DNA from: Lepidodermella squamata | Taxonomy: Eukaryota; Animalia; Gastrotricha | Reading direction: 5' to 3' | DNA length: 64,000 bases | Assembly (NCBI GenBank): GCA_047495785.1 | Contig: JBLDXI010000007.1 | Span: forward strand, 248,001-312,000 | Shown here: in pieces, positions 12,552 through 26,532 of the stretch | Numbering within the stretch: the first letter of the stretch is position 1 | Layout of the letters: every line of letters begins with the position of its first letter | The notes under the pieces: generated by a model | What the model was told of the DNA's origin: nothing | Seen by the model: the letters and a program-made list of their open reading frames with translations, nothing else | The model's database searches: none | Program-made: the position numbers and the translations under genes

Positions 12552-12833
12552 ATGGCCCAAGGCTGCACCTGGTGGCAAGTCTTGCTGGCGATAGTCGGCT
12601 TCCTCAGCCTCGGTGCCGCCGTCGGCTTCGTGTTAACAGGCATCGGCTTCGCGCCGTGGATGGGCGGCTTTGTCGGGGTCACGCTGATCATCGGCGTATC
12701 GCTATCAAGCAGTCTGTACGTTTGCTCGAGGCGAACTGATACGTGCAGCGCCCGCCTTACCGCCTGCTCAGCGCTGTTTAGATCACCAACACCGGATACA
12801 GCCTCATCTCGTAACGACTTTGCAAATAGTTGA
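12552..12833 (+). CDS. Small Gly-rich two-TM hairpin membrane protein (93 aa)
   Basis: aaATG start, GC-rich coding-like ORF, two TM segments with GxxxG motifs and juxtamembrane Cys. Confidence 0.65.
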   Translation: MAQGCTWWQVLLAIVGFLSLGAAVGFVLTGIGFAPWMGGFVGVTLIIGVSLSSSLYVCSRRTDTCSARLTACSALFRSPTPDTASSRNDFANS

Positions 12834-13424
12834 ACAAAAAATCCGGTTTTCAAACCACGCGGCGACTAGATATCGAATTTGCATCTCTCAGCAACAATTT
12901 TCATGTGAATTTTGATGATGTTTTGCTATATAGAAATAAAGTTTGTTGGAAACAAGAGCCACGATGTTTTGCATTCATGCGTGGAAAAATCGCAGCGGAT
13001 AATTTGTTCTATACAACCAAGAAATTTCGTATGCCGCCATTTTTCGCTAAGATGATTCATTTTTAGATGCATGAATTTTTTATCGCCGCCTTTTTTGCGA
13101 GTATGAATCATTATTATATGCATGAATTTTTTACCGCCGCCACGTGTATAACACACGCTATTTTGGCGCTATTTTGTCATCTGAAACCACAGCATGTGTC
13201 CTTTGAACCGCCGGCGGTGTATAATAATAATAATATTAAAGGAGATTGGAGTTTTAATTTTTTTGTCTGTGCTATTTTGCGAGAGACCACAAAATTTCCT
13301 TGCATGCGTAAATGCCTAAAACTAGCTCGTAGAACTACATTTCGTCAGCTTTCATCTCTCATCTATGCCTGCTTTTCCCAATTCATCCGCTCGCTAAATT
13401 TCTCAGAATATTTATACCTGCTGC

Positions 13425-13835
13425 ATATAATGTCAGCTTATATGTAATGTTAGCATTACATAGCAAAAGTGCCCTATGTAATGTTGATTTTTATCCTAAT
13501 TTTTGAAAGCTCTTGGAATCCCAAGTTGAACACAAATTGAGAGTCGGCAGCAAGGAATTCGAATCTGAATTTATTTTTTCGCTTGGGTCAAAAATAGCCG
13601 ACCATATCGCCAAATTAAAAATGAATAATTGAAATTGGGAAAAAAAATTAAAAAATCGATCAGAATCGATTTTCGACCATTTCGAAGTTCGAGTCATCTA
13701 TCATATTATATCTCATCTAATTCCTCAATGTTGACTCGAATTTGTGGTCAATTTGGGATTTTCAGAGCTTTCAAAAATCAGGATCAAAATCAAGAATAGG
13801 GCACTTTTGCTGACATATTATATACGACATATATA
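13425..13835. mobile_element. MITE with long TIRs (family copy 2, more decayed)
   Basis: Shares tagcaaaagtgccctatgtaatgttgatttt...cttggaatcccaagttga and its reverse complement with 6077-6499. Confidence 0.8.
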
Positions 13836-15222
13836 CTCAAGAGCCAGCTTCTCCGAGTTATAATTGCTTCAGGGTTGTGATGTAAAGAAAAGTGTAAATT
13901 TGCACGTTTTGCTACGCAACAATGAACGACCCGATAAGAGCCAAAATTTAATCGGCGTTAGCCATACCTAAGAGCTACCTGTGGTAGAAAAATAGACCGG
14001 CTAGGATCACCCATTTAAATGTAATCAAGACTCAAAGTTTGCATTATTCTTTCGATCACAACCCTGGTAGTGTAGTACAATTAAGAGCAAGAGGTCAAAG
14101 TGGAGCCACCTGGCCTCTTGTTACAAAGGCTGGTATTTATACCACACAATCTATATATGCCCTTCATAAAAGCATTTGCATCTTATTTGAGTGCGATAAG
14201 GCTCTTCTGACATCTGGCCAAGGCGGTTTTTTTACCTCCGCTAGGAACAAGGTGCCGTGTCAAGTTATAAAAGCGCAAAAAACTGCTGCAAAAAAAGCGC
14301 AAGCTCATTCAATTATCACGCTGTGTAGCTGACTCATATTATATATGATTACAGCCTTGCCAAAACAGTGTCGTAAAAAAACGCAAAAATTTATTGCCGT
14401 GAATTAGTATATAGGGTGAGATCGGATAACGTAAAAAATACATTTCAGTCATGACAGATTCATTTACAAGCCCCGTAATTTATAACGTTTCACTATCTGC
14501 TTAACCCAGTTTTGAACTGGCTCGCATAATTTGAGCGTAGAAAATCACATAATTATATTATTTTACTTCGAAAAATTCCTATTTAAAATAAGAGATGCTT
14601 TCGCTATCTAAAAACATATCATACTCTAAGAGTATTCCCATCGGCCATCAAGCGGAACTTTCAATATTTTTCCATTTAATTGATTTTAGATTGATTCGTG
14701 GAGATCTCATGTATAAAAATTTCTACGCTCTCTCACAGATTATTCAGCCCCTGGATATCTCTTGGCATAGAGTTGCGCGTTGCGCTATTGTAAATCATCC
14801 GAAGCCAAGTATTTTTTGCATGCCACACCAAATCACCTGCAGGGCGTTCACGCTCCAATGCCAAATATTCTAGCAGTAATCAATCATAACTCAAAGCTGG
14901 TAATATAAAAACAGATTCTATATCTCCGTATATAAGACCAACTTTTTTCATGAGAAATGAATCAAGGAAGACGTTATCCTGATGCAAAAAAAAATACTTT
15001 TTACTTGTTTGTTAAGGGTTAAAAGATAAGGGTGACCAAGGTGACCAGTCTTAATAAAAGCTGTTATTTTTTTCTAAAGCAGAAATGCGCCTTAACATTA
15101 ATATACGTGTATAACGTATTATTTTTACGTTGACTATCTCTCTTTCCTGGCAAGTATTTTTTCGACAAGCTTGTCGTAAACTGTGTTTTTCTATGGCCTA
15201 GAGTTGTGGCTTTTATTTAAAA

Positions 15223-15687
15223 ATGCCGCGAAAAGAGAGATCTCTTCGCAAAAACAATTTGAAAACCGTAATTAGGAGCGGTTCCGTATCGTCTCTGCCG
15301 AGTTACAGCGATTTTGTAACAATTCATGGCGATGGTTCTTCGGCGGAAAATACAACGCTACTGCCTTTATACTACGACCGAAACCGGGTGTTACCAATCT
15401 CTTGGGTTCCGGCATCCACCCTAACAGCCAGCTTTGTTCAAACCGAATGCAACTGCCCATCCTCTAATTCGGCGGAGGAGCCGAAGCCTGAGAAAGCCGT
15501 TTTAAGAATTGTGAACGTTGCCAGGGACGCCGTTGTTACTATCGATAAGCCCGTGGCTTTGAGCCAAAAACGCCGGCGAACCGTTATTGCCGCTCTAGTG
15601 CTCGCGCTGGCGATTTTACCGCCGATAATCATCGCTCTAATCATTCGCCTTCAAATGACTACAACCTCGCCGCCAGCTGCGAGGTAG
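15223..15687 (+). CDS. Intronless 154-aa protein with a single C-terminal TM helix (type II/tail-anchored-like)
   Basis: aaaaATG start; KRRR followed by TVIAALVLALAILPPIIIALII; LPSY/LPLY PY-like motifs; AATAAA at ~15799. Confidence 0.65.
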   Translation: MPRKERSLRKNNLKTVIRSGSVSSLPSYSDFVTIHGDGSSAENTTLLPLYYDRNRVLPISWVPASTLTASFVQTECNCPSSNSAEEPKPEKAVLRIVNVARDAVVTIDKPVALSQKRRRTVIAALVLALAILPPIIIALIIRLQMTTTSPPAAR

Positions 15688-16379
15688 CGAGCCTTATTTT
15701 TTACCAGATTTCATAATAACCCGGTACCGGACTATAAAGCTACAACAGCATGTCAAGTTTTAAAAAGACTTAAAATTATTATTAAAATAATCGAGTATTA
15801 ATAAAATGCCTGAGGCTCATTATTTGATTTTTGAGAAAATCGTTAATTTTTCCTTCCGCATTGATACCCGCTACTTCGATAGAGCGAAAAATGGGGAGCA
15901 AGAATTCGAAAACCCCATATTTTTATCACTTACGGTTACGGTGAAATTCCAGTGTCAAGTTGGTCACGTGACCTTTTACCTGGTGTCACACCTGAGTGGT
16001 TATCTCGAGAACGGTGATAGCTAGGAAGCCGCTCTCAAAGAAAAAGTTCATCAGCGTGGCGAGATCTACCTAGATATGCATTCCTTTTGGTCACAGGTGT
16101 GTTGTTTCGTGCACAATAAAATTTGATGACACAGGCCCTAGCTCATCACCGACGAGACACTTGTTATTTATCCGTTTTCACCGAATTTATAGGATTTCCC
16201 AGCGTGGAGATATGCCTTTTATACAACCTGTCACCTTACATGAAAAAGCTACCTAATAATTCTCCTGAAAATGCTCAAACTCAGCAATCAGCAACTTTGA
16301 CATGTTTTATTCATGAATGGGTCTCGTAAAACTCATTCCATTGAATGAAAATAGACAAAAACGAGTGGGTTTTTTTCAA

Positions 16380-18108
16380 TTACGGTGTTCGCGATGAGTT
16401 AGCTACCATTTTAGCTTGAAGCCAGCTTATCATCCGCTCGCTATCCGGATTAGTCTGGTCAGCGTACCTCTCCGCAATCGCCAGCAGCGAATGGCCGCAG
16501 TTTGTAGTAGCATCAAACATGGCGGGATAATTTTGAACAAAATACTGTACAGCTTCAACGCGAATATGCATAGCTGAAGCATGAACAGGTAGTACGCCGC
16601 AGTTGCTCAAACTTCGAGCATTAACGTCCGCGCCTCGTTGAATCAAATACTCAATTAGAGTGGTATTGCCACTGAAAGCCGCGTGGTGTAGCAGCGTATA
16701 GCCTTCAAGGTCCTTCTCAGAATTGATGCCGATGCCGCGGTCTAAAAAGTACTGAACGATAGGTACGGAACCAGCTAACGCGCCCTGTAAAGCTGGCGTT
16801 GTTCCCTTCGTCCTCGTTGCGTTGATCATTTCGGGCCATTTTGTGATAAAATAATTGACAACTTCCAACCAACCAGCGGCGCAGGCTGAGTGAATCGGCA
16901 TCGTTCCCTGGTCGTTGTATTCGTCAGCCCTGGCGTACACATTGGCGCCCTTGCCGACAAGGTACTGAACCAGGTCGAGACTGCCGTTTCGACACGCCAT
17001 GTGAAGCGGCGTGAATGCGAAGCGGGAAGAGCGGGCGTCCACTGGTACGCTGCTGTTTGTTATCAAATAATCGACAATTCGCTGATAACCCATCAACGCA
17101 GCCATGTGAATCGCGGTATAGCCGTTTTCGTTGTAGTAGTTGAGCTGATATAATAAAAGGAGACAATTAGTGACCTGTGACCTACTTATTTTTTGAGATA
17201 CCTATTTCTAGCGGTACCAAAGTTTAAAACCCTTCATTTTTCGAATGTATCCAATTACTTTTAATTTTTATTTTTTATTTTTATTTTTATTTAATTATTA
17301 AATTTTGGAGAATTTTGAAGAGTTTTCCGAAATAAGAACAATTTATTTTGCAATTTCGCTAATTTTTTAAATTATTCATTATTTGAATAGCTACCTGGGA
17401 AGGATCGAAGTTGACCAAGATCTTGACAATCTCATAATTGCCGGCACTTGCAGCCATGAGTAAGGGCGTGTCGCCATTAGCCTGCTTCAAAGAAACCATC
17501 TCCGGATCAATAGAAAGCAGGTATTTGAGAGCGTCAATCTTATTGTTATACGCAGCCTCGTGAATCGGATATGAGAAGCTGTAGTTTTTCGGACTCTGCT
17601 GGTATATATCCCCGCCTTTCTTAAAGAAAAGCTTGACAAGATCCACAAAGCCGTACTCAGCCGCTAGATACAGCGGAGATCTAAGATACGTCCCATCTCT
17701 CAATGAAATCAAGTTAGGCTGCAGTTGTAGCAAATAATCCGCTGCATCCTTGGCGCCATTCATCGCAGCCTCGTGAATTGGAGTTAAATTTTTTGCGTTT
17801 TGCAGGGTCAATAAGTTTAGCCCGAGAACAGGGCTCAGCTGTCTCAACACAGCAACTTGGTTCTTGCGAGCCGCTCGGTGGTAAGGGGTATCTAAATCTG
17901 TCCGCTCGCCGAGCATCAGCCATGTTATAGCGGTTGAAAGCTGCGATCTATCTGCATTTGATAGAAGATTTGCGACTGATATACTGTCACCGGCTTCTGA
18001 GGCAGTGAGCAGTTGAATCAGCCGCTGGCTTGATAGCAGGGACTCGCTTTGGCCGGAGGTTCCTCCGATTGTCGTAATTAGAAGGCATAAAAACAAGACA
18101 GCAGCCAT
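16380..18108 (-). CDS. Ankyrin-repeat protein with N-terminal signal peptide (2 exons, ~492 aa)
   Basis: Exon 18108-17395 (CAG|GTAG donor) joins in frame to exon 17144-16380 (LNYYNENGYTAIHMAA...). About 12 ankyrin repeats (TPYHRAA, TPIHEAA, SPLYLAA, TPLLMAA, TPLHMAC, TLLHHAA). N-terminus MAAVLFLCLLITTIGGTSG. Confidence 0.9.
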
Positions 18109-18469
18109 TTCCTGCTTACCTCGAAATTTCAGTATAAGAGTGAGAAAGAATGGGCATAAAACATCAGAGATGACTAGTTTCTGCCTTGAGTTACTCGTGT
18201 TTACGTAATAGGCTATTACAGCACGGTGGTTTTTTCATGTAAGCTTTCTAAGCATTTTTTGCTTGGTAGCATGCCTTTTACTCATCATTGATACATTTAT
18301 GAGCCCTGTTTTCAAAATAATTGATTTTCCAATTATCCCAAAGACGGGTAAAATTAATGAATAACTTTACTGTAATGGAAGGTAATTTTCGACAAAATCA
18401 TGTTTTTCGAGGATTAAAAATCAGTCCTAATTTAGAAATCGATGAATTTTGCCCCAATATATCGGTGAA

Positions 18470-18569
18470 ATTTGGTGATTTTACGATATTTACCTGATTT
18501 TTGACGATCGAAAACTTATAATGGCTAAAACAATTATCGGGAAATTCTGGTCACGCTCATTTGCATATG
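18470..18569 (-). repeat. Dispersed repeat carrying CATATGCAAATGAGCG (other copies at 20761-20850 and 61865-61960)
   Basis: Reverse-complement match to catatgcaaatgagcg...aatt.c.c...aaaatcagg at 20761 and 61865. Confidence 0.65.
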
Positions 18570-19677
18570 GAAGGACATAGAGAGTTTTAAGTATTTTCTG
18601 AGTTTTGGGTCAACATTGTTTCTCACCGCATTTATATAAAGTTCAAAACTATACCCGATATTTACCTCAACTTCACGTGAATGCCCTCATAAACCAATCG
18701 TGCAGGATCTTCATTTTTCTTTCGATAACTGAGATACCCAAGCCAATCTTAATCCCAAAATTATAATTCCAATTTTTGGGAAATAAGAGGGGTTCCAATT
18801 CGATGTTTGAGTTACCATTCTTATAACATTTCTTAAAAATCAAACACTGCTCCAATCACTGTGGGACTTGCGGCATTCGGAAGCTCATGAGACGGAGAAT
18901 TATATGCAACAATTCGCACGTGTTGTTATTGTATGAGATTACAAACCTATTCACCTGCAAAGCCGAAGTGTCCGAAATTACTCTGTCCAAATCTATACCC
19001 TGCGCTACGGTACTCAATTTGGGCAATATTTCGATCTTCGAACTAGTTTTCTGTTTTCTTCAACTTTTCTCATTTTTTGGAGAAAGATCGCGCGATTATC
19101 ACCACGCGGCATTTTTCGCGTTTCTTTTCCAGAAATAGCTTGTATTTTGCGCTTTTGGCCAAGTAGCGCAAATTATTACGCCATCAGCGTATATGCTGGC
19201 CACGGCGGTAAGCCAAAAAGAATAAAAATTGCATATACGAGGCCAGTAATTCATTAGCATTCTCCAAACAATGGATAACAATCATCACGACCGGTGCCAC
19301 AGAAAAACGCCACGTTTATTCAAGATATTGCCGCGATTATTATTAGCTACCTTTATACCATATTAAAACACGTGAGCCAATAAAATAATTTAGCGAAATT
19401 TCACGTCATGTCCCAATAAATATGATTTCTATAGGGTGTTTACCGCCTATATGGCGTGTTTGAACAAGCGCGAAATATTGTTGTGCAATTAGCCCGCGAC
19501 TTTTTGTTAACTTTTCGCAAATTATTTTTCGGCAAACGTGTGTACGACTGTGGAAAATAATTCTGGTTAATTATTATTGTTTATTACAGCTACCAAAAAA
19601 CTGCTATTTGCTTTGATGCGATCTCATCTGAAATTTAATTAATTTTTATTTCATATAATTAAAGATTTTTTTCAGAG

Positions 19678-21501
19678 ATGATAGACTGTTTTGTAGCATT
19701 ACTTGTTGCTGTAACACTGCCGTTCACTCGATCAGGTAAAAAATAAATTAGTCTGCCTTAAAATTTTATTACTTGCGAATATAGTTGAAGTAGGATGCCC
19801 AAATGTTGACCTTCAAGTTCCGCCTGCGTTCAACTTCAGCGAGTCGAATTTATACGACTTCAGCGATGGGACATTTCAAATTTTCAGCCAAATACGAATG
19901 CCATGCGACGGCTGGATAACCGAATGGCGGTTTTTAACCAGAATAGCTATCATCGAAGGCTTGAATGTTGCCATTTTCCGGCAACGCATGTTCGAGCCGG
20001 TTTTCGACCTAGTCGGCGATAGCTTGATAGACAAAATGGCGACGCCTCGTGGGTTGACCAACATTTGGGTCCAGTACCGCCTTAAAACGCCGATAGCTGT
20101 TAAAGCTAACGACGTGCTCGGGCTATTCTACTCGGACGTCATGGCTCCGGCCTCGAGCCTATCAGTGGCTATTAAGGAGGATCAGGGACCTATATCTGTC
20201 GATCAGTTGCCCACTTACGTAATGTTTATCGATGCGACTCAAGTCAGAAAAACAAGTAATAAAATTCTAGAAATGAAATTAAATCGCTTAAATTGGATTT
20301 TTTTAGGATCTGTCGAGGTCACGAATGCGATTCAAACAATGAGGACACCGGCGTTACTCGGCATTTTGTCCGGCTACAATCCGTTCGATCACGAGGACAC
20401 GCATTCGTTCAAAGTTGCTGCTGAAGCACATAAAGTAGGAATTTCAACGGCATTTGTAACTGAAACGCCCCCACCGCCGCCGCCGCCGAAAATCATTTAT
20501 CAAACAACGCCGGCTGATGTCGGCGAAACTCAGCCTCCAATTGTATCAGCAAGTGAGTTAATTCTAGTTCTACAAATATTTTCAAATATTTGCGAACAAT
20601 TACCGTAAAACGTGAATTTCAGGTATAAAATAGGGTAAAATTGGCTATAATAAATATGCCACTTACAATTTCACTTGAATTAACAAAATTGCCGATTCGC
20701 AATCTTTAATGAATTTGACCCACATTTTGTGTGTGATTATTTAAATTTATTATGCCTTTGCATATGCAAATGAGCGTTCAAAATTACTCGATAAAATTGT
20801 CAATACTAAGATATTTCAAATTACCAAAAATCAGGTAAAAATCTCACAATTTAAGGGAAAATGAGGAATCTCGTATCCCACCTTCGACACAATTTCAGAA
20901 TCTGATTGGGATGATTTAAAGTTACCCCTGTTTGTTTTACTTTGAAATTTTATTTATAATTTATTTATAATTTTTTTTAAACTAAATTTGCTGAATAGGA
21001 TGTTATTACGCGCCCCGACATCGCGAGAATTTTTGCTGGCGGCCGAGATGGCGGTATTACTTCGAAGTCGAAACATCGACCTGTCGCCAATTCTACGGCT
21101 GTCGGTCGCTCGAGCCCGAAGCCAACAACTTCGACACGCGACTTGACTGCCGCTATCACTGCCGAGAAATGCCGCAGCCTGAGCACTACTTCCACAATAA
21201 CCACCTTCACCACAACCACCCGATGCCGCACGGCTACGAAGAACACCACGCGGTGCCGATTGTTCTGCCCTCGCCGTCGAATGACGACTACGTAGCGGCC
21301 CCGATTCAGTTGCCGGTTTCGAGTCGGTACATGCGACGGCGCCAAAATTACGGCCCGGAAGTTCCGCAACCGGCGTATCACAACCGATATCGATACCAGT
21401 CGAAACCAGCCAGTGGTGAACGAGTCAGATACGGATCATCATTACCTCAAAAACAACCGACCTCTTTACGACAATCTTATCGATGGTATTGGAGTGGATA
21501 G
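19678..21501 (+). CDS. Secreted PCDG-domain family member A: SP + conserved domain + Pro/Thr linker + variant Kunitz + His-rich tail
   Basis: SP MIDCFVALLVAVTLPFTRS; GCPNVDLQVP...QIFSQIRMPCDGWITEWRF; last exon from 20999 encodes CYYAPRHRENFCWRPRWRYYFEVETSTCRQFYGC...NNFDTRLDCRYHC then HYFHNNHLHHNH. Confidence 0.85.
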
Positions 21502-22600
21502 TCAACATCAAACTTGAATCAATTTTTTCGAATTTAAACCCGTTCAAGCTTGCCATGTTTTCGAAATGAACTATATTTCCCTCACCCTACAAATTTTGTA
21601 CCTGAAGTTTTACGGTTGTTTATAATTGCGACACACGTGCCATATTTTGAATAATAACCGTAATCATTGTTGTGGCTAAAATATCATGCTGCCACTCGTT
21701 GGTTTCTCAATTTATACCTTCTTAATAGCCGTAATTTACGGCGATGATAGTGCGCCATTCGATGAAAGATGAATAAAGACGCAGAGGTTATTCACATGTT
21801 TTTTTCATTATACTGTTTTTGTCCTGCCCTAGATATTTCTGCTTGACCAGGTACCATTTATTACTGTCCGCTCAAAGTTTTAAATTAATTTTGAGCGAAA
21901 AATAATTATTGATTATAAAACGTAATTTTCTACCTGTTGGGTTTATGTCACGCAAAATGTGGAGTGGCACTCCTGGTTCTATTTCTAGGAAAAAGGCCCG
22001 GCGGAATTATTGTTCTGAGGCCTAACAATAAGAACCGTGCTGCAAATCTGAGCATCAACACAATATGTATGAAACAATAAAACAGGTTGTTGTTATATCA
22101 CATGTATTAAATTGTTAGCGGAAAGTGAGCTCAAGTAGGCGAAATCTAAAAAAGAAACACGTGAGCAGCTCGGCTCGGCATCGGCACAACGGGCAGCGTG
22201 CGGCAGAAAACACTCGCGGTGAGGCACGTAATCGGGCGCCGATGAAAGACGCCGTCCGCCGCACGCATTCCTGTAATATACTACTATGTGCGCCTCTTTT
22301 TGCGCGCGCGCGTGTTTATTTATAGCAAGCGCGCCTGTCACATTTTTAACTTGAAACAATGTTATATTGACGAAAAATACACCGCCTTTTTGATACCTAA
22401 TGATGCAGCACAATAGCGCAACTCACCCGCTATTGTCATCATAAAATGTCTCTCTCGAAAGTATCTTGAGCAAAAAAGTTTCGTTAATAATTTTTCAAAG
22501 GATGATGTTTAAACATTTACAGTCCTTCTAAAAATATTATTCTTGAGATACGATAAGAGCGCTATATGTGACAAAAGCGCGATGATTATCGGTCGAGTTT

Positions 22601-24909
22601 ATGCGCGGTGTCGACAAAAACTTCCACTGTTTACTCTCGGCGTTAATTCGCTTCAACTTTTTTGCGCTCATCTCGTTGAAACGCGCTGAAGCTTATCGGC
22701 AACTCAACACCAAATTTTTACTTGTTTTACAATTTTTATAGACGTTGCCTCTTATGCAAGAGAGATTCCAGCATGTTAGGCAAATTTGACTCAGCAAGGA
22801 CAGTACGATTGGTACAGTTCACCCTATTGGCTTTGATGAGATTTTTCTCAACAGGAGGTTCGATTAATTGACCATATTTCAATAAATTTAAAAAGTATTT
22901 TGATTGGCCTGTATTTTTTCAAGAAATTTAATTTAATTTATTTATCAGCATCCCCATATTTTGTTGGATTTTTTATACCAAACATAAAGCCATAGTGTGT
23001 CCCATAAAAACGGAAAATGGACTAATTTCCACCTGAATGGCTGATAATCAGCCAAAATTTATAAAAAAAATTCGGAAAAATCTCTTTATATACAAAATGA
23101 TTAGCAAACTAGTGTCCATCGGGTTTTTCCGGGTTATTTCCGAAAAAATGCAAACTTTTGAAAGTTTAAAAATTGATATAATTCGCAAAAATTTTACATT
23201 TTTTTGTTTCTTTTCAAGGTGCAAAGGAATGTCCCTACTCTAGTACCTACAAAATTCCATCTGGATTGACAAGTGAGGTGGCGAAAAAATTCCCGTTCGT
23301 CGAAGCTGGCTTACAGGTAGCGTTGAATTATTTTCGAAAATATTAATAAATCTCCCCGATTTTTCTAGATTTTCAGTGATATAGTGATACCTTGCGACGG
23401 CTATTTAAATCAATGGCGGTTTATACCAAGCAGCGAGTACATAGTTGGCCTGCACCTAGCGGTATTCCGCCGCCGGGTCGACTACCCAACAATGTTCGAA
23501 GTTGTAGGGGAAACCTACATCGACCGACTGCTAGTACCGAAAAGCCACGTCGGTACATGGGTGAAATATACGACCTACTCGCCGATTCGCGTAAAAGACG
23601 GTGATTTGATCGGGTTTTTCTACGACCACATTGTCACGCCGACTACAATGCTGACGATTCGAAACAAAAATTGCGCATTCACCGATAACTTCCGCAACAC
23701 TTTCGTTTTTCTACTCGATCAAAATGCTTTCATGGAGTCTAATATCAAAAGTAATTTTTATTGATTTATTCCGAATTTTTTGGATATTTTTTCGATTTTT
23801 TTTAGGGGTGACTGTCGATCTTAGGAACGCTTACAAGGAGTGTAGAAAGCCGGCTCTTGTCGCTGTAGTTGTAAGCCAGGATTTGACAACAACTCCTAGT
23901 CCAATAACGACCCCAATCGCCACGACTATGGCAATCTACGACTACGGCGATGGCGGTTCTGGCGAAGATTTGAACCCTCGAGCTTCGTCGCCCGAACTTC
24001 CAGACACGACAACAACTTCAACGACAACTACAACGACTAGGCCGACTACAACGACGACAATGTCGACTACGGCGACAACAGAGCCATCATTTCCAGTGCC
24101 GAATTTCATCAGTTTTGAGTCCGGGAACAAATTACTAAAATCTTTTGGACATCATAAAAACCACAACGTTACGTTCAACAGATCGTCGATTTACCTGCCG
24201 AAACCTATCAACCAAATGGGCGTCATGTCCAGCCGTGCGTTTTACTATATAAAAAAATTCACCCGGGAAATGAAAAAAATACAACAAAATGCTTGGGAAA
24301 ATTATATTACTGGTGCATGATTTATTTGCTTTTTTGAATATTTTTTATAACCGCTTTTTATCAGCTGCGCATGTGGTTGAGGGATCACCCTAAACCCTTG
24401 CTAATTTTTTGCATTTTTCAGGATGTTTCAGCGTCCCGTCAATGCTACAGCGTTGCGTGCGAGAAACTGTTAGGGCGTATTTTGATTACTACTCCGGCGC
24501 GTGTACCCTATTCTACGGCTGCCCGGCGTCTGCGGCGGATGCCAACAACTTCGAACGCCTCGAAGACTGCGTTTTTTCGTGCGAGCAACACACGAGACGG
24601 TACCAGGAGATGTTCATCAAAGGCGAACTTATCCCGCCGCCAATGACGACGCAAGAGCCGTTTATGCCGAAGCCTTTATCCACCATACCACCCTATGTAC
24701 CAGCCGGGCCTTTCCAGCGACTCGTTCTTAATAACTTTAAATCGGCGAATAACCAGCCCAACTACTATCGACCTCGGATCGAAAACGATAACGAATTTGA
24801 TTCGCCTGTTTTGGACTCTTTAGGGTTGAGCTCGACATTCCGCCGGCCACCGTTTTGGACTTACTTCATGGGGCAACAAGGACGATTTAGACGGCGGCAT
24901 TTGACCTAG
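22601..24909 (+). CDS. Secreted PCDG-domain family member B (+ Thr-rich linker + variant Kunitz); first exon tentative
   Basis: Exons at 23219 (ECPYSSTYKIP..FVEAGLQ), 23370 (IPCDGYLNQWRF), ~23807 (Thr-rich) and 24422 (CFSVPSMLQRC..YFDY..CTLFYGC..NNF..C..C). Putative SP MRGVDKNFHCLLSALIRFNFFALISL at 22601; its splice junction was not resolved. Confidence 0.8.
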
Positions 24910-26532
24910 TAACTGACAATCCATTGACGTCAAAATTAGCCAAAAAAATCATTGTTCAAAAAAATACGCAATCTCAATTTTTTTATACCTAATTATTATT
25001 ATATGACTTGATTTTTGTCGGACGAGCATGAAATGTGTCTATAAAAAGTATATATAAAGCCGTTATTTGTATATTGTTTAGCTGCATTTTGTGTTTGTGC
25101 TACTATTGTATAAAACTAGAAAACTTTTGCGCTGCTGCGACGCGCGCTTTTGGCGCTACGATGACCATATACATACAGATGTTGGCGAAATGACCGAAAC
25201 GTGTAGAAAGACGGATAATAAAAATTTGACATGTTTGCTCAATCGCGTAATGTCTCTTGTACGACGTCGCAAGATATGTGCGAAGAGCACTCTCTGCAGA
25301 GGAGATTCAGATTCACGTGCAATGATGACTTGTTTCTCACATCCTGCCTGGCCAGGAATCATTTAGCCAAAGAAAGGCAAATTTCAGAGGATATTTACCG
25401 AATTAAATCCACAAATCGCCAGCTTTTAGCAACTGCGATATTTGGTATAAAAAAATCATTTTAATTTCAAAGTATTTGCTCACTGAATTTTGCCTTTATT
25501 AAAATAATCCGTTTTCATACCTCTAGGCCTTGAGGCGTTACAGATGATAATTTTGTGTACCAATATCTCTGCTGTAAACATATCTGTGCAGTGTATTTAT
25601 TACCGAAGTGAGTAGCTTTTATTAATTAAATGAGTAGATTAATTGTTTATTCAACGAGCGCTGTCCAATAGATTAACAACAAGTTTTCGACTTTGAAATT
25701 CTTGATAGCGCGTAAATTGAAAACAAACATACCTTAAGAGGGCTTTAACCCTTCATTGAGCGACGCCCGAAAAGTTAATTTCAGTAAGATTACACTCTTA
25801 CAAAGTAATTTACGCTCAAATTTATCTGAGTATGGCTCAATCCAAAGCTTCATTCTTGACAAGTAAACCATATAAATTTCACTCTGTTAAATTTTGTCTC
25901 ATACAATGTATAAAATTTGGCTGATTTAACGGTTTTTTAGCCATTTTCGGGCCTAAACTTTCACAACATTATACTGCTGTTTTTCAATTGGATAATTAGC
26001 CATTTAGTTGATCCCCTAGAGGTTTATTATCTCCGTAAATATATCATACAAGCATTGAAGTGAGTATGTTTATAGTGTTAAACGCTATGCGTTAATTATC
26101 TAAGGCAACAATCGGTTTTTTTCGCCGCAAGATAGCTCGGGATTATTTCGCAATTCATCATGCGCGCGCAACGAGATGACTCGCGTGCTTTTTGCGCGCG
26201 CGCTTGTGCTGAAAATAATCTCAAATGAGCGTCTATTACACGCGCGTGGTAAAAGAAGCGCGCCGCGCTATATGCCGGTAGCGCACGAAACTTACACGCG
26301 CGCGCTGATTTGCGCGCTGATTTTAGGCGTCGGTCACTTTGTTTGTAGCCGCAAAGATTGTTTGTCGAATGCAGCGATTAAACATCGCTTTGTAGTTTTT
26401 AAAATATCTTATATAATCGCTGAATAATAGGAACGCAATTTCCTATCAATAACGCTATCAATATGCACTGATAACAAATTATTTCACGAATCTCTTCAGC
26501 TTAAATTTTCAATTTCTTGTGATATTTTTTAG

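Noticed and set aside
20977-21381. Val/Arg-rich minus-strand ORFs opposite family genes (also 23942, 27280, 30660, 38772, 54424, 57740, 62650)
   Set aside because: Antisense shadows of Thr/Pro/His-rich coding exons on the + strand.
25091-25464. Cys-containing ORFs between family members B and C
   Set aside because: No signal peptide, family motif or consistent splice sites could be established.
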